From: a virus
IMG/VR virus record: IMGVR_UViG_3300009285_000023
Location: 1-42,830 of that record
Length of the DNA: 42,830 bases
Direction: 5' to 3' (one strand)
Shown here: positions 27,053-35,630 of the stretch, one piece after another
How the letters are laid out: every line of letters begins with the position of its first letter
How positions within the stretch are numbered: the first letter of the stretch is position 1
Program-made: the position numbers and the translations under genes
The notes under the pieces: generated by a model
What the model was told of the DNA's origin: nothing
What the model saw: the letters and a program-made list of their open reading frames with translations, nothing else
Databases searched by the model: none

Positions 27053-27717
27053 CGCTCCCTCCTAAATATTCTCACATAACCACAACGTGAATCTTCTTCG
27101 AACCGTTCATCGGTCTGAGCAAATTCGTCCACAACTCGGCTGACATCAGGCAAACCCTTGAACCAGTTGCCAAAATCACCTAGATTGCACCCAGCATCAT
27201 CGAAAACCAGATAGCCGCCGACTTTAACTTCTCCGGCAAACCGCTCAATATCATTACGGACAGTTTTCTCATCATGCCCACCGTCAATAAATAATAGGTC
27301 CAGGTCTTTGATTGGTTTAATTTTCTCGTCGGTTGAAAAACCATCGCTAATGGTCGCTTTGGTCTCAAACTCATCGAGGATTCTATCTATGTCTTTTTGA
27401 CTAACCGCTGGATGGCTTCCGTAACCGTCGGTTGTTTCCTGGTTGAGTGGCGCAAGACCAAAAATATCAAATTTTTTATGCAGTTTTTTCCCGATTAATC
27501 CCCACAGGCTGATTACCTGTCCCTTGTAAACACCTATTTCCATCAATCTAGCCTCATCGGGTAGCTCCTTGAGAAGTTTATACCACATGTAGTGTAGGGC
27601 ACGGTCGCCATAACCCCACCGGTTCTTCTCAACCCAATCCCGATGGGCTTTTAGATAATCTTTGGAATCAGTCTTAACTATATAATCAACCCAATCAGCT
27701 ACTTTTACTTTGGCCAC
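27049..27717 (-). CDS. Class I SAM-dependent methyltransferase (Methyltransf_24/TylF-like)
   Basis: LMEIGVYKGQ ... FIDGGHDEKTV ... GGYLVFDD. GTG 27717 is preceded by AAGGAGGT. Confidence 0.6.
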   Translation of the reverse strand: MAKVKVADWVDYIVKTDSKDYLKAHRDWVEKNRWGYGDRALHYMWYKLLKELPDEARLMEIGVYKGQVISLWGLIGKKLHKKFDIFGLAPLNQETTDGYGSHPAVSQKDIDRILDEFETKATISDGFSTDEKIKPIKDLDLLFIDGGHDEKTVRNDIERFAGEVKVGGYLVFDDAGCNLGDFGNWFKGLPDVSRVVDEFAQTDERFEEDSRCGYVRIFRRER

Positions 27718-27911
27718 TTGCTTACCTCCTTGATATATCTCATGGCTGCTTTGGTACAATGAGATAAGAGCCAATCCTCTTGTTCTCTGGTAAGCGCTTT
27801 ACCATCCCAACCATCACGAAAGTCAAGACCTACTTTAACAAAAAGACCATAGATGTGTGCCTCTACCGCTTTAAGATGCTGCTCAATTGTTATTTTGGTC
27901 ATTTGAGCCAT
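27705..27911 (-). CDS. Hypothetical small protein (68 aa)
   Basis: ATG 27911 with a GAGGT RBS. It lies between GT and MT genes. Confidence 0.4.
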   Translation of the reverse strand: MAQMTKITIEQHLKAVEAHIYGLFVKVGLDFRDGWDGKALTREQEDWLLSHCTKAAMRYIKEVSKWPK

Positions 27912-27936
27912 AGCAGATAACCTCGTATTGAATAAT

Positions 27937-28644
27937 CTACGGCCATAGATGTAGCCTTTCAATTTCGGGAGGCGGATTAGCCGGGATAAAATGGTGCAGG
28001 GTTTCAGGTGTAACGGGGTGGACATCAGTTACGCCTAGTTGCCAACGCTTCCAGACGTCCTCGTACCATTCTTTTACATTAAAATCGTGAGCATGGGCAT
28101 AATGGGTAATTTTATTAAGTATCTCGTCGTCGGTTCTAGCCCAAGAAAAATGGTGTAGGTCTATTGGTGCAACTCCGAATCCCTCATTTATAACCCGCTT
28201 ATCGATAAACTTAGCCGGAGAGCGAACAGCTACTAGCATTTTATAGTCCCTTGGTGGGTGGGCTACCCAACCGTTCTTCCAATAAGTAAACTGTCTCTTG
28301 ACGACATAAGCATTGATTTCTGTAGGTGAGTTATTCAGCGTTTCGACTAACTTCTCCCAATTCTTATTATCTATAAATTCATCCGGGTCGAGCACAATCA
28401 CCCATCCGTCACCAAAATACTCTAGCCCAGCGTTACGTTGGTCTTGCTCGGTCGGCCAGTTATACTCCACGACTGAAGCACCCAATTTACGGGCTATCTC
28501 AGCTGAATTATCTACTCCGGTCTGTTCGCCGAACCAGGGTTCAGTCGAATTAAGTACCAGGATTTCGCTGGCTTTATCCTTATAATACTCGATAAATTTT
28601 GGCAGAAAACGCTCTTCTTTATAGGCGACGGTCATTATTCTCAT
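27937..28644 (-). CDS. GT-A type glycosyltransferase (Glyco_tranf_2_4-like)
   Basis: MTVAYKEERFLPKFIEYY and a DPDEF (DxD) motif. Confidence 0.55.
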   Translation of the reverse strand: MRIMTVAYKEERFLPKFIEYYKDKASEILVLNSTEPWFGEQTGVDNSAEIARKLGASVVEYNWPTEQDQRNAGLEYFGDGWVIVLDPDEFIDNKNWEKLVETLNNSPTEINAYVVKRQFTYWKNGWVAHPPRDYKMLVAVRSPAKFIDKRVINEGFGVAPIDLHHFSWARTDDEILNKITHYAHAHDFNVKEWYEDVWKRWQLGVTDVHPVTPETLHHFIPANPPPEIERLHLWP

Positions 28645-29222
28645 ATTGGATATAGCTCCCTCTTGGCTTGTTCGTAGGCAGCGCTAGCTTCCTCGGGCGT
28701 ATTGAAACTCCCAAGTCTACGATACTTACCATTGAGCCCTATCAGAACTATCCATTTTTGGCGGTCTTTACGGTATTGTACGCCAGTATATCCACTACTA
28801 TTATTCCGCTGTCTGCCACGATTCATAATATTTATGCTAAAGTCCACCAAGCGTAAATTAGAACAACGATTATCTAATTTATCTCTGTTAATGTGGTCAA
28901 CTAATCTATCGGGGGGAGCATTAATAATCAGACGGTGCATCGGTAGCGTCCTCTGGTATTTAATTCCTCTGCGACCCAACCCATAGGGTATAATTCTGGT
29001 CTGCCGACAGGCATAGCCGTCATAATTATCTCGTTTGTAGAACCACTTAAAGTTTTTAACCAAATCATAATGACAATCACAGACTTTAGCCACTTTCCCC
29101 TGGGTGAGAGGACATAGCTTTATCCCAGACACGGGCGATTTTGTCCCAATAACTTTTAGCCGCCCACTCCTGAGCTGGTTTTGGGTCATAATCTTCTTGT
29201 TTAAGTGCCTTAACGAGCGCAT
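28641..29222 (-). CDS. HNH endonuclease with a C-terminal AP2 DNA-binding domain (homing-type)
   Basis: VDHINRDKLDNRCSNLR (HNH) and SGYTGVQYRKDRQKWIVLIGLNGKYRRLGSFNTPEEASAAYEQA (AP2). The true start is probably downstream, for example GTG near 29129. Confidence 0.8.
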   Translation of the reverse strand: MRSLRHLNKKIMTQNQLRSGRLKVIGTKSPVSGIKLCPLTQGKVAKVCDCHYDLVKNFKWFYKRDNYDGYACRQTRIIPYGLGRRGIKYQRTLPMHRLIINAPPDRLVDHINRDKLDNRCSNLRLVDFSINIMNRGRQRNNSSGYTGVQYRKDRQKWIVLIGLNGKYRRLGSFNTPEEASAAYEQAKRELYPI

Positions 29223-29700
29223 CTACAAATTCTTTCTGTTTCTCTTCATTGCGGTAAATATCATCACACCTAACAGTATACCCAAATCCACCCTGAGTTT
29301 CAAGTACTGCCCCAACACCAGTCGTTACGGGGATGCACCCTGCTGCTAGAACTTTTATCATTGTTATCATATTTATTTCTGTGAACTCACTAGGATAAGC
29401 AAGCACCTTGATATCTTTCATAGCTTCAGCCAACTTCTCATGCGAGACTCGGCCATTTTCTTTGACTCCGTCCAGTTGATGTATCATTTTAATCATTTGC
29501 CACTTCCACTTCATGTTTTCAGGATTTTGGGAGTGAAATTTATCATACATATCCCAACCATAATAAATATCCAAAGTGGCTTCTGGGACTTTTTCTTTAA
29601 CCCTAGGCCACAATCCCAAAAGAATCACCAAACCCCTGTCATAGGAAGAAAAATAACCAACACTATAAGGACGCTTTATATTACCTTTTGGTTCATTCAT
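29086..29700 (-). CDS. C-terminal half of a GT-B glycosyltransferase, as a separate ORF
   Basis: YFSSYDRGLVILLGLWPRV...PSEFTEINMITMIKVLAAGCIPV parallels residues about 160-270 of the intact 303-aa GT-B. Confidence 0.65.
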   Translation of the reverse strand: MNEPKGNIKRPYSVGYFSSYDRGLVILLGLWPRVKEKVPEATLDIYYGWDMYDKFHSQNPENMKWKWQMIKMIHQLDGVKENGRVSHEKLAEAMKDIKVLAYPSEFTEINMITMIKVLAAGCIPVTTGVGAVLETQGGFGYTVRCDDIYRNEEKQKEFVDALVKALKQEDYDPKPAQEWAAKSYWDKIARVWDKAMSSHPGESG

Positions 29701-31406
29701 AGAAAGTGTGACCTCATTATTCCATTACTAACAATTTTAATATGGTCGTCATCAACTTCCGGATACCAGTCCCGATGGTACTTACTCTTAACCATAAACA
29801 TGGCCTGTGGATTAGCCCTGGCAACCGCATAAATCCGGCCTGGTTCGGCAGTATCATGTAGGTCTATGAGAACTTTGCGGGCTTTAACGCCCATGGCATT
29901 TTCCGGTAGCCGCGAGGCAATAAAAACATCAAACTCATCATTTGGGTTGAGTAACGACCACGGCTTATAAATAATTCCGTTATCATTATATTCAACCTCC
30001 CTATCGTTAAAGACTGTCACCTGCCAGCCTAACTTAGACAGCTCCCTGGAGAGATAAATTACCGCTTCCTCACTACCACCCATACCTTTATCGAGGGTGT
30101 CCGGTCCCCAATCTTCAAGTCCCTGTCCACAATAATAAGCGACTGATTTAGGGGGCCATTTTTGGGGCGGGAATAACTGAATACGTTCGGCATTTAGACG
30201 GGGGTCAGCCATCAACCGATAGGGCAAGGCTTCCAGAATTTTCTCCGGTTTACCTTTCATACCTTTAGCGTAGTGTAGAAGATAACGGGAGGAATCAACG
30301 GCTTTATCATCGGCATAGGCCTCCTCAAAAAGTTTACGCCAATCGACGTTTGTTTCTTTGGAGTGAGCGTCGATAAAATGCGACGCCCGTTTATCCGTCT
30401 CCTGATAAAGCTGGTAGGCCTCTTTTATCATACCCGCCCAGAGATGAACCTGGGCAGCCATAAAAATACCCCGATATTGCCAGAGGGTCGGGTCAACCAT
30501 CCGTAGCGTCTGAATCGGCGGTTTCGACAGAGCCACTTTGCTCCATTCAATCGCCTTGAATAGTTCATTAGTAGCCCCATAAATCATAACTTTCATATAA
30601 TAGCCTTCGGGTTTTTCGGGGAAAAGACGTAACGCCATATCCGTACAAACAATCGCTTCCGGGTAACCTTTAGTCCGGTAGTGGCAGTCGGCTATTTTCA
30701 ACCAAGCATCATATTTTTCCTCATCCCAGCCACCGTTATCTATTAGGAAATGATAATACTCGGCCGCTTGGCGGGCATTACCCTCGGATAGAAAGTTCTC
30801 ACCCAGATAAAAAGCTGTTCGGGGGTCTTTGGTTTTTTTAAAATGCTCCAAAAGAAGTTTACGGTTGCGGCCATGGGAGCGTTTTATCCCCTTTTCGTCT
30901 TTATGGTGGATGATGGTAATGTCTTCAACGGCGACGGAGCGGGCGAACTCGCCCATAATCGTTTCGTGGACGGGGACTGATGACCAGTACAGTGGGGCGG
31001 CGGTTCGAACAATTCTCTCCCGGCGGTGGTCGTTAATACCCTCACCGTGGATATTCTGGAAATAGTTATAATTAAAGTACATAATATCGAGTTCATTCTT
31101 GAGCATAAAATCAACCATTTCCCGTAGTTTTTCAGGGTGGTCGATAGTATCGTCGGTATCTATCCAAAACCAATAATCAGTATCAATTTGTTTCCGGTTA
31201 AACTCTCTGGTCAGTCCGAAATTATCGACCCATTCAAAGTAGGACAAAATAATCTTACCATCCAGTTTTTGATTTTTAAGTTTGTTGTAGGTCGGACGAT
31301 GAGTGACGGTTAAGAAAATTTTATCGAAATACTGGCCATACCCACCAAGTATTCGTTTCAGGTCTTTGACCTGATTTTTCATAATCATGGACAGCCCCAA
31401 GGTCAT
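29697..31406 (-). CDS. Multidomain GT2 - TPR - GT-B (N-terminal half) protein
   Basis: GT-A region with WIDTDDTI, TPR-like repeats (AFYLGENFLSEGNARQAAEYY...), and C-terminal GMGGSEEAVIYLSRELSKLGWQVTVF. ATG 31406 overlaps the upstream stop as ATGA. Confidence 0.65.
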   Translation of the reverse strand: MTLGLSMIMKNQVKDLKRILGGYGQYFDKIFLTVTHRPTYNKLKNQKLDGKIILSYFEWVDNFGLTREFNRKQIDTDYWFWIDTDDTIDHPEKLREMVDFMLKNELDIMYFNYNYFQNIHGEGINDHRRERIVRTAAPLYWSSVPVHETIMGEFARSVAVEDITIIHHKDEKGIKRSHGRNRKLLLEHFKKTKDPRTAFYLGENFLSEGNARQAAEYYHFLIDNGGWDEEKYDAWLKIADCHYRTKGYPEAIVCTDMALRLFPEKPEGYYMKVMIYGATNELFKAIEWSKVALSKPPIQTLRMVDPTLWQYRGIFMAAQVHLWAGMIKEAYQLYQETDKRASHFIDAHSKETNVDWRKLFEEAYADDKAVDSSRYLLHYAKGMKGKPEKILEALPYRLMADPRLNAERIQLFPPQKWPPKSVAYYCGQGLEDWGPDTLDKGMGGSEEAVIYLSRELSKLGWQVTVFNDREVEYNDNGIIYKPWSLLNPNDEFDVFIASRLPENAMGVKARKVLIDLHDTAEPGRIYAVARANPQAMFMVKSKYHRDWYPEVDDDHIKIVSNGIMRSHFL

Positions 31407-31699
31407 AATTTCTCCAGCTGAGCCATAGAGACTGAATTTTTCAACTCCCTGGAACAATGATGCATCTTCATGTAGAACTTCCTATGACCGCCCCTGTCGG
31501 AGTTCCAGTCATCAATGTGCATGAGAATATCCTCGGACATATACTCATGTTTGGACTCATCGGGGTGGGACAAAACAAAAGATTTCCTGGGATTGGTCCT
31601 AACATCGTAGTCTTTGTTTGTGACCACACCCAAAAGCGTATAACCATTAAAACACAGGTAGGCGGCTATCCCTATGTCAGTAGTCATATAATGTTTCAT
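31403..31699 (-). CDS. DUF5659-like small protein
   Basis: TDIGIAAYLCFNGYTLLGV...RKSFVL pattern. Confidence 0.4.
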   Translation of the reverse strand: MKHYMTTDIGIAAYLCFNGYTLLGVVTNKDYDVRTNPRKSFVLSHPDESKHEYMSEDILMHIDDWNSDRGGHRKFYMKMHHCSRELKNSVSMAQLEKL

Positions 31700-31740
31700 T
31701 TCAGAGATTTACTGATATTTACTCCGTTTGAGATTCGTGT

Positions 31741-33039
31741 TCAAGATAACATCCTACCGGTAATTTTGTCAAACCGCTTTTCCTTTTTAGGTTTTAGAAC
31801 CGTCTCCGGCCCACGATTGTCAACCTCCCAACAGTAATACTCGAAGGCTCTAGCACCGTGGCTGAAACGGTCGTGAATTGGGATTTCGTTGGACTGGTTA
31901 ATGGCCGATTCCCGTTTGGAACCCGGATAGCGATAGTTATTCAAAACGTCTATAAACCCCTTGGTCGGTTCACATTGTCTGATGAACAGCCTAGGAATGT
32001 ATTTGTGGGCGATTCTAACCTGGGAAGGAATATCCGGGATTTGGTTGGTCCGCACAAACACGCCTAATTTTTCCAACTCTTCCACTGCCGAAGTGCCGGT
32101 AACTAGGTTCCTGGCTCGTCCAGCGGCATCGCCGACGTGCATGGCTACCGTCCCATAGGGTTTAGAAGTCAAGACTTGAACGAAGTGAGCGATGTTGACA
32201 TCGCTGGCTTCATAGTAATCAATCACCCGTAGTTCGGATTCGTGGGGCTGAAGCCATATCATAGCCGTCGGGTCATTAACCCCAAAATCCCAGGCCACAT
32301 GGAGCGGTAGGTTGGAGTCATAGTCAAATTTCTTAATTTGAGTTTGTTCGTTAAATTCTTTATAAACCACACCCAGAGGTTTAATGTATTCGGCCATTAT
32401 TTCCTGTTGGTAAAAGTCTTCGCCGTAAGATTGATACTCAGCCTCTAGTTCCTTCAGCTCATCCTTGGACAGCTCGGGGTTATCGTAAGAGGAGAAATGA
32501 AACTCCTTAAAGTTACCGGTCTCCGACAGGCGGAACATCCCCCGTTTACCTTTTGGGGTCCCGGCGATTATCGCCCAAGCCTTGTGAGGAATGAGATTCG
32601 GTCGAATGATAAGCGGCCAGATGTCTTCCTGCCAGTCGTCATATTCGTCCATTCCTATTCCACCCCAATTAGAAATCCCTCTTAGGGCCTCTTTATTCTC
32701 CACTCCATAGAGCTGCACCTTTCCACCGTTAGGGAAAGTGACCGAGAGGTCCGCTTCATTCAGTTTATAAGGAACCTTTAACTCCTTGAAGTGGTCTAAC
32801 AAACGATAGATATGGTCGTTCCAGACGATATTCTTGGCCTGAAGTTTGTTGGGAGCGATATAAGGAAAGGTCAACCCCGTTCCTAGCGCCCCTTCAAAAA
32901 GACGGGAAACAATCAAAGATGTCTTCCTCCACTTGCGACCAGCTCGCAATAAAATGAACCTATCGCCCTTATCAATCGCCTCCAGAACTTTTAGTTGAGA
33001 TGGATGGGGCGAGCTAGGGTAGAAGACATTAATGTCCAC
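31741..33039 (-). CDS. terL: Terminase large subunit
   Basis: RAGRKWRKTS (Walker A-like), GMDEYDDW (Walker B) and a C-terminal nuclease-like region. Confidence 0.9.
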   Translation of the reverse strand: MDINVFYPSSPHPSQLKVLEAIDKGDRFILLRAGRKWRKTSLIVSRLFEGALGTGLTFPYIAPNKLQAKNIVWNDHIYRLLDHFKELKVPYKLNEADLSVTFPNGGKVQLYGVENKEALRGISNWGGIGMDEYDDWQEDIWPLIIRPNLIPHKAWAIIAGTPKGKRGMFRLSETGNFKEFHFSSYDNPELSKDELKELEAEYQSYGEDFYQQEIMAEYIKPLGVVYKEFNEQTQIKKFDYDSNLPLHVAWDFGVNDPTAMIWLQPHESELRVIDYYEASDVNIAHFVQVLTSKPYGTVAMHVGDAAGRARNLVTGTSAVEELEKLGVFVRTNQIPDIPSQVRIAHKYIPRLFIRQCEPTKGFIDVLNNYRYPGSKRESAINQSNEIPIHDRFSHGARAFEYYCWEVDNRGPETVLKPKKEKRFDKITGRMLS

Positions 33040-33342
33040 CTATTTACACCAATTTTGTTTGCGGGTTTTATCCCATTTAGCGTGCTTACAAAATTTAGGG
33101 TCGGCTCCATGCGGACAGGATTTTATGACCTGTAAGGCATCGGCCAGCGGGGTTTTGAGAGGTTTAACTATCGGGGCTAGGCCCTTTAAGTCACCACCCA
33201 AGTTTTTTTCAACTGCATCGAGTACATACTTTTCAAAATCCCCAACATTATTCAGGGCATTATGGATAAACTCCGACTTATTCGCTACCCCATCCCATTT
33301 CTCTAAATCCAGCTTCCGTATATAAACTGTTCTATTAGGCAT
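33040..33342 (-). CDS. Ribbon-helix-helix-like small protein upstream of terL
   Basis: MPNRTVYIRKLDLEKWDGVANKSEFIHNAL resembles an RHH N-terminus. The upstream part of the ORF is translated repeat DNA. Confidence 0.4.
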   Translation of the reverse strand: MPNRTVYIRKLDLEKWDGVANKSEFIHNALNNVGDFEKYVLDAVEKNLGGDLKGLAPIVKPLKTPLADALQVIKSCPHGADPKFCKHAKWDKTRKQNWCK

Positions 33343-33349
33343 AGTTATA

Positions 33350-33378
33350 AGCATATACATATACACATATTTTGTCAA
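33350..33378 (-). promoter_or_regulatory. Sigma70-type promoter (TTGACA-N17-TATGCT) facing the RHH-like gene and terL
   Basis: Hexamers read on the minus strand. The -10 element ends 7 nt before ATG 33342. Confidence 0.45.
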
Positions 33379-33667
33379 CTGGTAAAAAATTTTAGGGTTT
33401 TATGTATCAGGAGAAATGTCTAGAGAAAATATTTATAGACGAGGGGATACATTATCGACTAAAGGTAGACGCAACGGGACTCCACTGTTTGTTTCTTTCT
33501 TAACCTACCATAAAGCATGCTTATACCACCATATGTAGCGTGCCACCTACCTATATATGTATATGCATACTTCCACCCCTGGCGCTCGCTACGCACAATG
33601 TCTATTTTACGACTGTATGTTTATATGTATATAGGTATACTTGTATAGGTATATGTATATAAACGGC

Positions 33668-34126
33668 TTAAATGGGCTTAGAATGGGTCGTTTTGGGGCG
33701 TGGGCCTACGTCTATCACCTTACCGCGTGTTACCTTAAATGAAACATTAGTGTTCTGTTGTACCTCTTGTCGGTCTGAATAACCGTAGTGGTTCTTAAGT
33801 AAGAAAATGCACATTGGTACGCTTCTACTCCCCCTTAAACCGGCTTCAATCAACCTTGATTCGAGTATTTCATCTATTTTTTTATTTAACTCATGTATAA
33901 GCTTAGATTCAGAATACTTAGCCCTCCACTGATAAAATCTACTACTACTATAATTCCTTTCCCTGAAGAGTTGTACCTTACTCATTATGGCTGGGTCGGC
34001 CAATAATATACTTATCATATCCCGTAGTTCATTAGCTACAAATGTAGGAGTGTATTTATAGGCTTGATGGGGTGGGTGGGCTAGGTCTGGGGTTCGTTTG
34101 ATTAAGTCTTTAGTATTTTCAGGCAT
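33668..34126 (-). CDS. terS: Terminase small subunit
   Basis: ILESRLIEAGLRGSRSVPMCIFLLKNHYGYSD matches the small-terminase signature (..IF.LKN..GY.D). Confidence 0.7.
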   Translation of the reverse strand: MPENTKDLIKRTPDLAHPPHQAYKYTPTFVANELRDMISILLADPAIMSKVQLFRERNYSSSRFYQWRAKYSESKLIHELNKKIDEILESRLIEAGLRGSRSVPMCIFLLKNHYGYSDRQEVQQNTNVSFKVTRGKVIDVGPRPKTTHSKPI

Positions 34127-34198
34127 AGGTTTATTCTAACATAATTATCTATCTATATTATAGATGGGCGGGTTTTTAGTTATGCACAACAAAACTAC

Positions 34199-34227
34199 TT
34201 GACATGATTCCTTGTCAATGCTAGACT
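34199..34227 (+). promoter_or_regulatory. Early promoter P1 (TTGACA-N17-TAGACT)
   Basis: Perfect -35 hexamer. The spacer contains TGTCAATGC, the inverted copy of the -35. Confidence 0.6.
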
Positions 34228-34612
34228 AGAGGCATAGTCAATCGGCAACGATACCTCATAGCAGGCACAGGACTCGCAGATCAGACAAGTTTACAGCCGC
34301 CTAACCACTAGACAGCCTATATGGTTATAATTTCTAGGATTGGGTGGGCGGCCAACTCAAGCTGGCACTGTGCACTTAAACGCTTTAATGAGGGTCTTAG
34401 TGCCACCCTCGCCAGCACTTTAACAATTTTCGAGCACAGTAGTAGTCGGCAGTAGGTAGCGACCAGTTATAGCAATATATCGTCGTTGAAGTCAGCCTGA
34501 AGCGTAGGAACAACGCTAGAATGGTTTAGCCTTGTGTCGGCTACCATGTGCTCGATCAAATATAGCAATCTATAAGTGAGTTGGGCGGTCTTTAGCTGAT
34601 AAGGAGTTAAAG

Positions 34613-34789
34613 ATGAGAAAACTAGACGAATTACAGGCGTTAGACCTGTACGATGAAATGTTGGACGATGTTTATGCCAATTTTATGGACATTTACCCAG
34701 CATCAAGGGTGTTAAAAGAAGTTGACCCTATCGCCTATCAAGTCGGTTTTAATGACTGGTGTGATAGCGAAGAAATAGAGGTAAACTAA
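34613..34789 (+). CDS. Hypothetical early protein (58 aa)
   Basis: AAGGAG lies 6 nt upstream of the ATG. The frame was checked manually. Confidence 0.55.
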   Translation: MRKLDELQALDLYDEMLDDVYANFMDIYPASRVLKEVDPIAYQVGFNDWCDSEEIEVN

Positions 34790-34790
34790 A

Positions 34791-35093
34791 ATGAGCATGA
34801 CTAAAAAAGACTACATAAGAATAGCTGAACCTTTTAAGTGGCGACTTGATGTAATTGGTGGTACAGGCTACCCGTTAAGTCCACATGAAGTTGACATAGC
34901 TAGACACGAAGTAAAAGTCTTGGCTGAACAACTGGCAAGTTGGTTCGAGCTGGACAACCCACTCTTTAACAGAAGCATGTTTTTACAGGGTTGCGGAGTT
35001 GAACGAGTAAAACACGATTGGAATAGTCAAACAATGGTCTGTAGAAATTGTGGGCTTGAATACCATCAAGCAAACAGTGATTTTTGCAGATAA
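34791..35093 (+). CDS. Hypothetical early protein (100 aa)
   Basis: ORF 1 nt after the previous stop. Confidence 0.55.
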   Translation: MSMTKKDYIRIAEPFKWRLDVIGGTGYPLSPHEVDIARHEVKVLAEQLASWFELDNPLFNRSMFLQGCGVERVKHDWNSQTMVCRNCGLEYHQANSDFCR

Positions 35094-35208
35094 AGCGATA
35101 GCAGATTAACAACGGCAATTTAGCCAAATTAACAGCACGCTAAAGACTGACCGACTCATTTATAGATACATACAGCTTACAGTGGCTTTTGGTAGAAATG
35201 AGGACAAG

Positions 35209-35457
35209 ATGAACTATAAGGGATTTAAAATAGTCCAACAATATGTAAGATATGAGGTTTGGGACTTGGACAAAGAGGGTAATGCTGATTATGCAATAAC
35301 AGATTACGAAAGTGAAGCAGACGGCTACCAAGTTTGGGACAAAACAAATGATTGGCAGTCTGAGGACTTAAATGGTACTTACGATAGTTTAGATGAGGTC
35401 AAGCAAGCCATAGATGAGCATATTGAACAAGTGGCATTTGAGGCCAAGACTCGATGA
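35209..35457 (+). CDS. Hypothetical acidic early protein (82 aa)
   Basis: ATG 35209 lies inside the tracked ORF, preceded by AGGACAAG. Confidence 0.5.
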   Translation: MNYKGFKIVQQYVRYEVWDLDKEGNADYAITDYESEADGYQVWDKTNDWQSEDLNGTYDSLDEVKQAIDEHIEQVAFEAKTR

Positions 35458-35630
35458 AGCGCATAACCACAACACTGACTTATGACCAAATAAGACATTT
35501 AGAAAACTTACTTTGGGATGACCAAAAGAATTCCCGAGACTTTGAAAATACAGAGGCTTGGGAAGGAATGCAATCAGCTTACGCATTTAGTAAGCGATTA
35601 AGCGAACTACTGGCAAAAGCCAAGAGTTAG
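35454..35630 (+). CDS. Hypothetical early protein (58 aa)
   Basis: ATGA overlap with the upstream stop. The frame was checked manually. Confidence 0.45.
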   Translation: MKRITTTLTYDQIRHLENLLWDDQKNSRDFENTEAWEGMQSAYAFSKRLSELLAKAKS

